A stretch of DNA of 64,000 nucleotides from an uncultured Chloroflexia bacterium (GCA_963789825.1 CAWBME010000006.1:5541-69540), one strand, 5' to 3'; shown: positions 27,799 to 38,205, counted from the stretch's first letter. Numbers and translations are program-made. Notes: generated from the letters alone by a model not told the origin.

Positions 27799-29058
27799 AT
27801 GCCTGAGCCGATTGGCGAGAGCATCCGCGTCCTGATCGTCGACGACATTGCGGAGTTCCGCGAGAACATCCGCAAGCTCCTTCAATTTGAGAAGGACATC
27901 GAGGTCGTCGGCGCGGCGCGCACCGGCCAGGAGGGCCTGGAGGTCGCCCGCGCCACCCGTCCGCACGTCGTGATCATGGACATCAACATGCCCGACATGG
28001 ACGGCATCAGCGTCACCCGCGAACTGCTGAGGGACGTCGAGTTTGCCCAGATCATCATCGTCTCGGTTCAGAACGAGCCGCACTACATGCGCGAGGCGAT
28101 GCGGGCCGGCGCCAGCGATTTTATCCCCAAGCCTCCCTCGACCGAAGAGCTGATTACCTCCGTCCGTCAGAACGGACAGGCTGCAATCGTCAAGGAGCAG
28201 CGTGCCAAGGAGCGGGTGGTCTTGCCGGGGAGAGGGGGCACCACCGGCCCGCTCGTCGCCTCGCAGGGCAAGCTGATCGCAGTGTATTCGGCCAAGGGGG
28301 GCGTGGGGTGTACCACCCTGGCCACCAACCTGGCCATCGGGCTGAATTCCGAACACACGCCGGCAGTGCTGGTCGACGGCCATCTGCAGTTCGGCGATGT
28401 CTCGGTGTTTCTCAATATGCAGGTCAAGCTGAGCATGGTCGATCTGGCGTCGCGTGTCGACGACCTGGACCGCGAGTTCGTCGACGAGATCCTGATGTCG
28501 CACCCCTCGGGCTTGAAGGTGCTCCCGGCGCCGCCGCGGCCGGAAATGGCCGACGAAATCCACGCCGACCAGGTGCGGCCGGTGCTGCGCTGGCTGAAGG
28601 GTGTCTTCGCCTATGTCGTGGTGGACACTTCATCGACCATGGACGACACGACCTTGGCGATTCTGGAGGAGGCCGACCTGATCCTTGCCGTCGCCACGCC
28701 CGAGATTCCGGCGATCAAGGACGCGCGTCTGTTCCTCGATCTGGTCGGGATCCTGGGAATGCCGCGCGAGAAGGTCTTCTTCGTGCTCAACAAGATGGAC
28801 AAGCGCAGCGGCATCGCGGCCTCGGCGGTGGCCGAGAATCTGAAGAAGCCGATCGACGCCGAGATCCCATACGTCGATCAAGTGGTCACCACTTCGATCA
28901 ACAAGGGTGTGCCGCTGCTGCTGGGGGACAAGACCAAGATGCCGGCCAAGAACCTGTTGGATCTGGTGGCGACGGTGAAGGAGAGGCTGCTGGCGGAGCC
29001 GGTGGAGGAAGAAGCGGAGGAGCCAGCGGTGGAACGGCCGCGGCTGTTTGCGCGCTAA
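27799..29058 (+). CDS. cpaE: CpaE/TadZ-like pilus assembly ATPase with an N-terminal receiver (REC) domain
   Basis: The REC domain keeps its canonical residues (VDD.., VVIMDINMPDMDG, IIIVSVQ, FIPKP). It is followed by a ParA/MinD-like domain with deviant Walker A, AVYSAKGGVGCTTLATNLA. Confidence 0.85.
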   Translation: MPEPIGESIRVLIVDDIAEFRENIRKLLQFEKDIEVVGAARTGQEGLEVARATRPHVVIMDINMPDMDGISVTRELLRDVEFAQIIIVSVQNEPHYMREAMRAGASDFIPKPPSTEELITSVRQNGQAAIVKEQRAKERVVLPGRGGTTGPLVASQGKLIAVYSAKGGVGCTTLATNLAIGLNSEHTPAVLVDGHLQFGDVSVFLNMQVKLSMVDLASRVDDLDREFVDEILMSHPSGLKVLPAPPRPEMADEIHADQVRPVLRWLKGVFAYVVVDTSSTMDDTTLAILEEADLILAVATPEIPAIKDARLFLDLVGILGMPREKVFFVLNKMDKRSGIAASAVAENLKKPIDAEIPYVDQVVTTSINKGVPLLLGDKTKMPAKNLLDLVATVKERLLAEPVEEEAEEPAVERPRLFAR

Positions 29059-29092
29059 CATGCCGGCTGGGGGTTGCTGAGGAGGTGGATCG

Positions 29093-30496
29093 ATGTCGTT
29101 GTTGAGTAAGATCGAGAAGGAGGCGCAGCGTCCGGCGTCCAACGGGGCAGCGCCCTCCCTGCCCGGCACCACTCGCTTGCAGCCGGCGCGCCCGCGACCG
29201 ACGGCGATCTCCAGCGAGACCCGCGGCGATCCGATCACCGGGTTGAAGGTGCGCGTCCAGAACAAACTGCTGGCCGAGCTTGACCCTTCGATGGACGTCA
29301 GCCAGACGGCGGAAGTGCGCAAGACGATTGAGGACCTCTTTGAGAGTATCCTGACCGAGGAGAAGATCGTGCTCTCCCGTCCGGAGCGCCGCCGCCTGTT
29401 CGAGCAGATCGTGGCGGAAATCCTCGGCCTCGGACCGCTCGAGCCGCTGCTGGCGGACGAGACCATCACCGAGATCATGGTCAACGGGGGAAAGAACATC
29501 TACATCGAGCGCGGCGGCAAGATCTTCCGCGAGCCGGTGGCCTTCGAGAGCGACGATCACCTGATGCGCATCATCGACCGCATCGTGTCCCCGCTCGGAC
29601 GCCGCATCGACGAGTCCAGCCCGTATGTGGACGCCCGCCTGACGGACGGCTCGCGCGTCAACGCCATCATCCCGCCGATATCGCTGGTCGGCCCAACGCT
29701 GACCATTCGTAAGTTCGCCAAGATCCCGATCACCGTCGACCAGATGGTCGAGTGGGGAACGGTGACGGCGGAAGCGGTCGAGTTCATGAAGGCGTGCGTC
29801 ATCGGCCGGATCAACATGGTGGTCTCGGGCGGCACCGGCTCCGGCAAGACCACCTTTCTCAACCTGCTCTCCGGCTACATCCCGGCGAACGAGCGCATCA
29901 TCACCATCGAGAACGCCGCCGAGCTCCAGCTGCGCCAGGAGCACGTCGTCACCCTGGAATCGCGCCCGCCGAATATCGAGGGACGCGGCGAGGTCACCAT
30001 CCAGAACCTGGTGGTCAACTCGCTGCGAATGCGCCCCGACCGCATCATTGTGGGCGAGATCCGCTCCGAGGAAGCCCTGGACATGCTTCAGGCGATGAAC
30101 ACCGGTCACGAGGGTTCGATGACCACGGCGCACTCCAATAGCCCGCGCGATACCTTGTCGCGTATCGAGACCATGACGCTGATGGCCGGCATGGACCTGC
30201 CGGTCCGCGCCATTCGCGAGCAAATCGCCTCCGCCTTGGAGCTGGTCGTTCATCTGGAACGCCAGCGGGACGGCACGCGCAAGGTCACCCATGTCACCGA
30301 GATCCAGGGGATGGAAGGCGACGTCATCACCATGACGGACATCTTCGTCTTCGAACAGACCGGCTTCGAGAACGGCAAGGTGATTGGCCGCCTGCGCCCA
30401 ACCGGGCTGCGCCCGAGGTTCATGGACAAGATCGAGCAGGCCGGCATCCGTCTTCCGGCCTCGATCTTCGGTGTGGGCGATAGGAGTCGCTACTAG
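29093..30496 (+). CDS. cpaF: CpaF/TadA secretion ATPase
   Basis: Walker [15 protein letters not shown], Walker [10 protein letters not shown], and the His box and Asp box typical of the VirB11/TadA family. Confidence 0.95.
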   Translation: MSLLSKIEKEAQRPASNGAAPSLPGTTRLQPARPRPTAISSETRGDPITGLKVRVQNKLLAELDPSMDVSQTAEVRKTIEDLFESILTEEKIVLSRPERRRLFEQIVAEILGLGPLEPLLADETITEIMVNGGKNIYIERGGKIFREPVAFESDDHLMRIIDRIVSPLGRRIDESSPYVDARLTDGSRVNAIIPPISLVGPTLTIRKFAKIPITVDQMVEWGTVTAEAVEFMKACVIGRINMVVSGGTGSGKTTFLNLLSGYIPANERIITIENAAELQLRQEHVVTLESRPPNIEGRGEVTIQNLVVNSLRMRPDRIIVGEIRSEEALDMLQAMNTGHEGSMTTAHSNSPRDTLSRIETMTLMAGMDLPVRAIREQIASALELVVHLERQRDGTRKVTHVTEIQGMEGDVITMTDIFVFEQTGFENGKVIGRLRPTGLRPRFMDKIEQAGIRLPASIFGVGDRSRY

Positions 30497-30499
30497 GCG

Positions 30500-31504
30500 A
30501 TGGACCTGCCCAGCCTGATCCTGTTCATCGGCGGCACGATCGGCCTGCTGTTGCTGGGGGCAGGGGTCGTCTCGTCCCTTGTCGGCCGCAGGACGGTTGT
30601 CGAGGAACGCTTGGGACGCTATGCCGAGACTGGCGGCATGGTCATGCCGGCCGCCGAAGTCGAGGTCAAGAAGAAGGAAAAACGCACGACCGCTTTGAGT
30701 GACTTCCTCAACCGGCTGGGCGAGGGCACCGACCGCTTCAACAAGATTTCGCGCAACCTGGCTCGGGCCGACATCAAGCTGCGGCCGGCGGAGTACATCG
30801 CGGCCCAGTTCATCAGCGCGGTCGTCGTCGCCTTGATCGCCTACGTGCTCGGCCGAAGCGCGATCTTCTCCATCATCGGAGGGGTGCTCGGATTCCTGCT
30901 GCCCCAGATGTATGTCTCGCGGGCGCAGAAGGGTCGCTTGAAGAAGTTCGACCAGCAGCTTGGCGACATGCTGAACCTGATGGTCAACGGCCTGCGCGCC
31001 GGCTACTCCACGCTGCAGGCGATGGAGGCTGTCAGCCGCGAGCTGCCCGCTCCGATCTGCGACGAGTTCCGCCGCGTGGTCCAGGAGATGCAGCTGGGCC
31101 TGGCGATGGAAGACTCGATGGACCACCTGCTGCGCCGCATCCAGAGCGAGGACCTAGATCTTGTGATCACGGCTATCAACGTCCAGCGCGAGGTGGGCGG
31201 CAATCTCGCCGAAATCCTCGACACGATCTCCTTCGTGATTCGTGAGCGTGTTCGCATCAAGGGCGAGATCGCGGCGCTGACCGCGCAAGGGCGGGCGACG
31301 GCCTGGGTGATCAGCAGCATGCCGATCGCTCTGTTCTTTCTGTTGATGGCCATCAACCCGGAATACATCAAGAAGCCGTTCGAAGTTGGCACCCCGATCT
31401 TCCTGGATTCCGGGGCATGCGGAATCGGCTGGGTGTGCGTGTCGCTCGGATTGATTGGGTCGGGCTTCGCCATTGTTCAGAAGATGGTGAAGATCGACAT
31501 CTAG
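30500..31504 (+). CDS. tadB: Type II secretion system F-family protein TadB
   Basis: 334-aa protein with a T2SSF domain and TM helices, immediately after cpaF. Confidence 0.85.
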   Translation: MDLPSLILFIGGTIGLLLLGAGVVSSLVGRRTVVEERLGRYAETGGMVMPAAEVEVKKKEKRTTALSDFLNRLGEGTDRFNKISRNLARADIKLRPAEYIAAQFISAVVVALIAYVLGRSAIFSIIGGVLGFLLPQMYVSRAQKGRLKKFDQQLGDMLNLMVNGLRAGYSTLQAMEAVSRELPAPICDEFRRVVQEMQLGLAMEDSMDHLLRRIQSEDLDLVITAINVQREVGGNLAEILDTISFVIRERVRIKGEIAALTAQGRATAWVISSMPIALFFLLMAINPEYIKKPFEVGTPIFLDSGACGIGWVCVSLGLIGSGFAIVQKMVKIDI

Positions 31505-31540
31505 CAGCGCCCGCCCGGTTCGGGCGGGGGAGAACAGCGC

Positions 31541-32488
31541 ATGGCGATAGCGATCATCCTTGCGATAGCCGTCATCGGGGCCGTGGTCCTGGTCGTGGCC
31601 GGGATCCGCTCCCCGGAGGCCAAGAATTCGATCCAAGACCGGTTGGCCACCTATACGGAACGGCAAGGGGACGAGGTGGTGACGCTCGAGGAAATCGAGC
31701 TCTCCGAGCGATTTCAAGAACGAATCCTGATCCCGACGCTCAATCGCATCGGCAAGCTGGCGGCCCGTTTCACACCGCAGGCGACCTCGGAGTCGACCAA
31801 GAAGAAGCTGGAAACCGCCGGGCTCCAGGTCGATCCGTCCTTCTTCCTGTCGCTGCGCTTTGTGCTGGCCGGGCTGTTCGGCGGCGCCATCCTGATCGTG
31901 TACCTGGTAACCGGACGCAACTTCCTGCAGGGCCTTGGCCTCAGCGTGCTGTTCGCCGCGCTCGGCTTCTTCTTCCCCGACCTGTGGCTGCGCAGCCGTG
32001 TGTCGCGGCGGCAGAAGGGCATCTTCCGCGCGATGCCAGACGCTCTCGACCTGCTGACGATCTGCGTTGAGGCCGGCCTGGGCTTCGATTCCGCCATGGC
32101 GAAGGTGCACGAGAAGTGGGAGAACGATCTGGCCCTGGAGTTCGGACGCGTGATCCAGGAGATCCGCCTCGGCAAGCTCCGTCGCGATGCGATGCGCGAC
32201 ATGGCCGACCGTCTGCAGGTGACCGAGCTGACCAGCTTCGTGGCGGCCATCATCCAGTCGGAGCAACTCGGCGTCAGTATGGCCAAGGTCCTGCGAATCC
32301 AGTCGGATCAGATGCGGGTCCGCCGCCGGCAGATGGCCGAGGAAGAAGCCCACAAGCTCCCGATCAAGATGATCTTCCCCATTGCGCTGCTGATCTTTCC
32401 ATCGATCATGGTGATCCTGCTCGGCCCGGCGGCCGCCTCCCTGATGGGCTCAGCGCTTGGCGGCATTCTGGGATTCTCAGGCGGCTAG
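31541..32488 (+). CDS. tadC: Type II secretion system F-family protein TadC
   Basis: 315-aa second T2SSF-domain membrane protein (..FRAMPDALDLLTICVEAGLGFDSAM..). Confidence 0.85.
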   Translation: MAIAIILAIAVIGAVVLVVAGIRSPEAKNSIQDRLATYTERQGDEVVTLEEIELSERFQERILIPTLNRIGKLAARFTPQATSESTKKKLETAGLQVDPSFFLSLRFVLAGLFGGAILIVYLVTGRNFLQGLGLSVLFAALGFFFPDLWLRSRVSRRQKGIFRAMPDALDLLTICVEAGLGFDSAMAKVHEKWENDLALEFGRVIQEIRLGKLRRDAMRDMADRLQVTELTSFVAAIIQSEQLGVSMAKVLRIQSDQMRVRRRQMAEEEAHKLPIKMIFPIALLIFPSIMVILLGPAAASLMGSALGGILGFSGG

Positions 32489-32520
32489 GGCTCACCCGCC
32501 CGCCGTCGCCGGGAGGCGGC

Positions 32521-33237
32521 ATGGGGCGCCAGGGGGAAGGGCAACCGAAGAGGCCGGATGGGAACTGGCTCCAGCCGCTGCTGGAGCTTGTGTTTCCGAC
32601 CCGATGCTTGGGCTGTGGCTGCCATGGGAGCGTATGGTGTGCGCGGTGCAATGCGGCGCTCGAGCCGCTGCGCGAACCGCTCTGTGCCGTGTGCGGGGAT
32701 CCGCTCTCCGGCCGGTCCGTCTGCCGCCGCTGCAGCCACTCGGACCTCTCGTTTCCCATTCGCTCCTTCGCCCACTACCGCGGCCCGCTGGCGAGGGCAT
32801 TGGTGCGATTGAAGTATCGCCCTTCGACCGAGATGGCTGCCGTCATGGGAGAGTGGCTGGGCCAAGTGGTTCGCCAGGCCGGCTGGCGCATCGAGCTTGC
32901 CGTCCCCGTGCCGCTGGGGCGGGCCCGGCAGCGCCGGAGAGGCTATAATCAAGGTGCCCTCATCGCATCCAGCCTGGCAGGGAGCCTTGGGATCGACTTT
33001 CGACCTGCTGCCATCCAGCGCACCCGAGAGACGCCCTCGCAGGTCGGGCTGGACGCCGAGGCGCGTCGCCGGAACGTGCAGGGTGCTTTCCAGGCAAGAC
33101 CCCAGGATGTCCAAGACCGATCGGTGTGTCTGGTCGATGATCTGATGACGACCGGAGCGACGCTCGTCGCCTGCGCTGAGGCTGTGCGTCTGGCCGGGGG
33201 CGGTACCGTCGTGGGCGTCACGGTCGGGCGGGCATGA
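32521..33237 (+). CDS. comFC: ComF family protein (phosphoribosyltransferase-like, ComFC)
   Basis: N-terminal Cys-rich zinc-finger motifs (CLGCG..CARC..CAVCG..CRRC) and a C-terminal PRTase motif VCLVDDLMTTGATL. The ATG is at 32521. Confidence 0.8.
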   Translation: MGRQGEGQPKRPDGNWLQPLLELVFPTRCLGCGCHGSVWCARCNAALEPLREPLCAVCGDPLSGRSVCRRCSHSDLSFPIRSFAHYRGPLARALVRLKYRPSTEMAAVMGEWLGQVVRQAGWRIELAVPVPLGRARQRRRGYNQGALIASSLAGSLGIDFRPAAIQRTRETPSQVGLDAEARRRNVQGAFQARPQDVQDRSVCLVDDLMTTGATLVACAEAVRLAGGGTVVGVTVGRA

Positions 33238-33273
33238 TTCGCATCCGTGTGGGGCAACCCCCAAGGAGGCAAG

Positions 33274-33834
33274 ATGACGGTAGCTGTCGAGATCAGCGTT
33301 CGCAACTTGGACTTGAATGACCGCCTGCGGGACTACGTCACCAAGAAGGCCAGCAAGCTCGATCGGTACCTGGACATTCTTGAGGAGGCCAAGATCGACC
33401 TGGCGTACGACAAGAGCGCCCGCAGCAGCGACGATCGCCAGGTGGCGCAACTGACTGTGCACGGCAAGGGCGTGATGCTGCGCGCCGAAGAGCGCACCGA
33501 CGACATCTATGCCTCGATCGATGCCGTGATGGAGAAGATGTACCGCCAGGTTGAGCGCTACAAGGGGCGACACTGGCGGGGCCGTGGCGACGGGCGCACT
33601 GCGGCCGAGGTCGCCTCAGCTCCCGATGGCGAAACCTTCGAGGCGGAGCGCACCATCATCCGCCGTAAGCGCTTTCCGCTCTCCCCAATGGATGAGAGCG
33701 AGGCGATCGAGCAGATGGATCTGCTCGGCCATACCGATTTCTTCGTCTTCCTCAACGTGGGTTCCAACACCGTCAATGTCCTGTATCGCCGCCGCGATGG
33801 CACGCTCGGTCTGATCGAGACCGAGGTCTCCTAG
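33274..33834 (+). CDS. hpf: Ribosome hibernation promoting factor (long HPF)
   Basis: The ATG at 33274 follows AAGGAGG. The sigma-54-modulation/RaiA N-domain is VEISVRNLDLNDRLRDYVTKKASKLDRY. The C-terminal dimerisation domain is PMDESEAIEQMDLLGHTDFFVFLN. Confidence 0.9.
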   Translation: MTVAVEISVRNLDLNDRLRDYVTKKASKLDRYLDILEEAKIDLAYDKSARSSDDRQVAQLTVHGKGVMLRAEERTDDIYASIDAVMEKMYRQVERYKGRHWRGRGDGRTAAEVASAPDGETFEAERTIIRRKRFPLSPMDESEAIEQMDLLGHTDFFVFLNVGSNTVNVLYRRRDGTLGLIETEVS

Positions 33835-33889
33835 CCACGATGCCTCGGGAGCCCGCCCATTCAGGGCGGGCTCCCGAGGCGCGCTGCAC

Positions 33890-34990
33890 ATGCACCGCTC
33901 GCTGCCCGTCTTGCTGCTGCTTCCACCGGCCGGCGCCAGCCGCGCCGAGAGCTGGATGGGCGAGGTGCGCCTGGCGGCGGCGCTCGATCTGGTCGAGCGG
34001 CTGCAGCAATTGGGTTCGGCCTCGACGGTGATTGCCCTGGCGGCGCGGCCTGAGGATGAGGAGCGCCTGAAGGCCGTAGGCGTGCAGCCGTTGCCGGCCA
34101 CGCAGACGCCGTTCCACTTCGGCGCCGTGCTGGCAGCGTTCGCCTCAGGTCCGGGGCGCGGCGGCATGGCCTACTTCGGGGGCGCCAGTGCGCCCCTGAC
34201 GGGAATCGACTCGCTGCGAGCGGCCTTTGCTGTGTCTGAGGCCCCCCAGCCGACGGCAGCGGTCAACAACCTGTATTCCACCGATTGGTTTGTGATCAAC
34301 GACGGTGCGCCTCTGGCGCGGCTGGCGCCGACCCTGGCCACCGACAACCCGCTCGGCTGGCGCCTGCAGCAGGAAGCGGGCTGCAGCGTGCGCAGCCTGC
34401 CGATCGGCGCGGCAACCCGTGCCGACATCGACACCCCGGCAGACGCCGCCCTGGTGATGGACCACCCGGCACTTGGGCCCCGATTGCGCGGCGTGCTTGA
34501 TCAAGGCCCGGTAGAGCTGCGCCTGCGAGTTGCGGGCGTGCGCCAGGTGCTGGAGGCGCAGGCTCGCACGCTCGCCGTGATCGGCCGCTCTTCGTCGCAT
34601 GTGTGGCGGGAACTGGAAGGGCGAGGCCGAACTTCGGTCCGCCTGTTTGTCGAGGAACGCGGCATGCTGGCCAACGGTCGCGCCGAGCGCGGGGAGGTCC
34701 GCTCCTTGATCGGGGAAATGATCGATGACGTCGGGCCGGAGGTCTTCGTAGAGCGGCTGTCGACGATGGCCGACGCCGTACTCTGGGACACACGCGTGTG
34801 GATGGCGCACGCCGGAGCGTGGCCGCCGGAGGGCGATCGGTTCGCCGCCGATCTGGGTTGGGCGGATGCGGTGATGGACCCGGGGCTACGCCGGCTGACG
34901 GCAGCCGTCGCTGGGAGCCCGATCCCCGTGCTGTGCGGCGGCCACGGTGTGGTGGCCGGAGCCGTGCTGGCCCTGCTGGAGAGCCTCTAG
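33890..34990 (+). CDS. Hypothetical two-domain protein (N-terminal MobA/CofC-like nucleotidyltransferase-like region, unknown C-terminal domain)
   Basis: 366-aa ORF with coding-like composition. The motif ADIDTPADAALV, about 190 aa in, resembles the DxDTPxDL end of MobA-like NTP-transferase folds. I recognise no family for the remainder. Confidence 0.55.
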   Translation: MHRSLPVLLLLPPAGASRAESWMGEVRLAAALDLVERLQQLGSASTVIALAARPEDEERLKAVGVQPLPATQTPFHFGAVLAAFASGPGRGGMAYFGGASAPLTGIDSLRAAFAVSEAPQPTAAVNNLYSTDWFVINDGAPLARLAPTLATDNPLGWRLQQEAGCSVRSLPIGAATRADIDTPADAALVMDHPALGPRLRGVLDQGPVELRLRVAGVRQVLEAQARTLAVIGRSSSHVWRELEGRGRTSVRLFVEERGMLANGRAERGEVRSLIGEMIDDVGPEVFVERLSTMADAVLWDTRVWMAHAGAWPPEGDRFAADLGWADAVMDPGLRRLTAAVAGSPIPVLCGGHGVVAGAVLALLESL

Positions 34991-35494
34991 CTACCAGCCC
35001 TTGAGGTAGGTCTCCCAGTCCCGATTGCGCTCGAGGTGGGGCGAGAACAGGTACATGGCGCTGGCAACGGGCTCACGCGCTGGGCGTTGCAGGGCCATGC
35101 GCGCCTCCTGCACGGTACGTCCGCCTTTGTGCAGGTTGCAGGTCGGGCAGGCAGCCACCAGGTTGTGCCAGCTGTGCTCGCCGCCGCGATGGCGCGGGAT
35201 CAGGTGGTCGATCGTCATGCGGGGCGACCGCGAGCCGCAGTACTGGCAGGTGAAGTTGTCACGCCGGAAGACCTCGCGTTTGGTCAGTCGCACGCGCGGC
35301 CGCGGCCGACGCACCATGTGTCCCAGTCGGATGACGGAGGGGCGGGGGAGAGTCAGCCGCACGGTATGCACGTAGCCGCGGCCGTTGGCCAGCATCTCGG
35401 CCTTGCCGGCAACCAGCAGCGTGAGCGCACGTCGCGTGGAGCAGACGTTCAGCGGCTCGTAGTTGGCGTTGAGCACCAGCACCGGATCGTTCAT
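34991..35494 (-). CDS. HNH endonuclease (COG1403-like)
   Basis: The ATG at 35494 gives MNDPVLVLNANYEPLNV... The HNH motif is CQYCG..DHLIPRHRGGEHSWHNLVAACPTCNLHK. The longer ORF extending to 35845 is not supported. Confidence 0.85.
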   Translation of the reverse strand: MNDPVLVLNANYEPLNVCSTRRALTLLVAGKAEMLANGRGYVHTVRLTLPRPSVIRLGHMVRRPRPRVRLTKREVFRRDNFTCQYCGSRSPRMTIDHLIPRHRGGEHSWHNLVAACPTCNLHKGGRTVQEARMALQRPAREPVASAMYLFSPHLERNRDWETYLKGW

Positions 35495-35606
35495 CGCTAG
35501 CCGACCGCAATGGGCAGCATTATAGCACCGGCGCACGTGCGGCTGGCTGTGCAATGCGCTAGGGTGTGTCAGGACAGTACGCAGGAAAGTGGGAGCGGGC
35601 GGGGTC

Positions 35607-37446
35607 CTAGACGACGCGCTGGCGTAGGTACGAGCTGATGTAGTCCATGGCAGCGACCACGACCGCGATGGCCAGCATCTGGGCCGCGGCGGCCCGGTAG
35701 TTGAGCAGGTTGATGTTCTGTTGCAGCAGGAAGCCGATGCCGCCACCGCCAACGAAACCGATGATGGTCGACATGCGGACGTTGATGTCCCACCGATACA
35801 TGGTGTACGAGATGAAGGGCGGGACGATCTGCGGGACAACGGCATAGATGATGGTCTGCAGGCGATTGGCGCCGGTGGCGTCCACGGCCTCCAGCGGGCC
35901 CGGGAAGGATGCTCTCAACCTGCTCCGAGTACAGCTTTCCCAGGCTGACGATGGTGTGCAGGCCCAGCGCCAGCACACCGGCAAAGGGGCCGATGCCAAC
36001 GGCGATCACGAACACAATCGCCATGACCAGCGCCTCCACCGAACGGGTGAAGTTGAGGATCGTCCGGGTGATGGTGTAGATGAACATCCCATTGGGTAAT
36101 GTGTCTTTGGGCTTGACCATCGCCGCCAGCACGAGCCCGCTGATCGCCCCCACGGCCATGGGGATCCACAGCGTGAACGACGGCTCCCCGATTTGGTACA
36201 ACGCATCGATCAGCAGTCCCAGCAGCCCCAAGATCGTTGCCCCGGCCGCTGCAGTCACGACCAGGTTGAAGGCCTTCACCCACCGGGCAGGGGCGCGTTC
36301 GGAGTAGTGCTGGCCCATCCGGGAGAGCTGGCTGCTCAGCGCGCCACCTGCGGCCAGCGCCGCCAGCACCGGGGTGGTGAGGCGCAGGATCTCACCGATT
36401 TGGTAGAGGAAACCGCCCAGGAATCCGAAACTGGCCAGGAGGTCCTCCAGGAGCGAACCGAGGTTCATGGCCAGGGCGGCCAACTGGAACAAGGCGAAGA
36501 GCAGCGCCAGTGCGGCAAAGGCTATCAGCAGGGCGCGTGCCAGGCGGATTCCGGTCCCGGGGGGCGTGAGTTCCTCCTGGGGCAGCGCCCAGCGCATGGC
36601 CTGCCAGGCGCCGAGCGGCGCAATCACAACCGCGGCGAGGTTTGCCAGCAGGCTGGATGCCAGCGGCTCACCGAGCGCACCCACCCAGCGCGCCGCCAGG
36701 AATCCGATGACGATGCCGACGGGCCAACCCAGCACGGAGAGTGAGATGCTCGCCAGGGGGCTCCTCACTGCGGCCATCAGGTTGCGGGCGGCCATGAAGC
36801 TCAGCGGGATTGCCAGCACCGTGCCGATGGCCGTGGCGAGCAGCGCCAGGAAGACGGTCTCGACGATCTTGTCCCAGGTGCTATAGGCGGTCTCGGTCAG
36901 CTTGGGCAGCGCGCCGAGGTTGCGGCGAATCGTGGCTCGAAGGTACTGAACCTCGTCGCTCGGACGATCGGGCAGCTCCAGCGTCGCCAGAAAGTGGCCC
37001 TGGGCATCGGTGATCGCGATGCCATTCCCCAGCGTGACCGTGTTTGCGGGGTCACTTCCGGGGACGAATCGCAGGGGACCTTTGGCGTTTGGGTAGAAGT
37101 TGAAGCCCTCGACCTGCACCGTCCCCTCGGGTTCGGCGCAGGCGGGCGTGATCACCATGTACGGGTTGGTGGCGTCCGGCGCCGGAAGTGCGGCAAGGGA
37201 CTCCTCACTGGGGCAGGGGATGAATAGCGGAGCGGTCGCAATGACCTCCTCCTGTTCGTAAGCGAACAGATCGGGCTTGGCCAGCGCCCGGAGCACGCGC
37301 CTCAGGCTTTCCTGGCGTTGCTCGCTGCGCAGCTCGGTAAGGTCCACCTGCGTGATCTGGAACCCGTAGGCGAACACGACCAGGACCAGCACGGTCAGCA
37401 AGCCGATCCGCACGGATTTCCAGATGGAGGTTGGCTTGGTCTTCAT
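35607..37446 (-). CDS. phnE: Phosphonate ABC transporter permease PhnE (long form), one apparent +1 frameshift
   Basis: The ORF 35569-37446 body and ORF 35607-35999 join near 35896-35903: ..LGKLYSEQVESILPGP / LEAVDATGANRLQTIIYAVVPQIVPPFISYTMYRWDINVR.. This is the PhnE EAA-type motif. Confidence 0.85.
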
Positions 37447-37451
37447 GCGCG

Positions 37452-38205
37452 TCAGCCCACGCGCTCCGCGTCGCGCCCGTAGATTTCCTTGAACTTCTGG
37501 TCGTCGATCTCGGTCGGCAGCCCTTCGAAGACGAGTTGTCCCTCATTGAGGGCGATCACTCGGTCCGCATAGCGATGGACCAGGTCGAGGAAATGCAGGC
37601 TGCACAGCACGGTGACGCCGTCCTGCTGGTTGATCTCCTCCAGATGCTTCATGATGCTGTGGGCGAGCACCGGATCCAGGCTGGCCACCGGTTCGTCGGC
37701 CAGGATCATTTCCGGATCCTGCATCAGCGCCCGGGCGATCCCGACTCGCTGCTGCTGGCCGCCGCTCAGCTCGTCGGCGCGTTGACCGGCTTTGTCGGCG
37801 ATGCCGACACGCTCCATCTGCCGCATGGCCTTCTCGACGTCCTGATGCGGGAACCGATTGAGCAGGCTCCAGGCCGGGTTGACGTACCCCAGGCGCCCGG
37901 CCAGCACGTTGGTGATGACCGAGGAGCGGCTGACCAGGTTGAAGTGCTGGAAGACCATGCCGAACCTGCGGCGAATGCGGCGCATCTCCTCGGGTGTGGC
38001 CGCGGTGATGTCTTCGCCGTTCCACAGGATCTGGCCTTCGGTAGGTTCAACGAGGCGGTTGATGCAGCGCAGCAAGGTGGACTTGCCCGAACCGCTCAGC
38101 CCGATGACCGCCAGGAATTGCCCATCGGGCACCTCGAAGGTGACCCGGTCAAGGGCCTTGACGCCCCCCGTCGTAGATCTTCGTCAGGTTGCTCACCTGG
38201 AGCAT
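37452..38205 (-). CDS. phnC: Phosphonate ABC transporter ATP-binding protein PhnC, one apparent +1 frameshift
   Basis: The ATG at 38205 gives [14 protein letters not shown], then an extra base in the C6 run at 38164-38169 breaks the frame. The rest is ORF 37452-38132 ([32 protein letters not shown]). Confidence 0.9.

Noticed and set aside
28898-31126. 742-aa minus-strand ORF
   Set aside because: It is antisense to the strongly supported cpaE, cpaF and tadB genes. Its Arg/Gly/Asp/His-rich composition has no recognisable motifs, which is typical of a high-GC shadow ORF.
34991-35845. Full 284-aa ORF as the HNH endonuclease gene
   Set aside because: The N-terminal 117 residues are Ser/Pro/Arg/Thr-rich and unlike any HNH protein. 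The conserved family sequence begins at MNDPVLVLNANYEPLNV (ATG at 35494).
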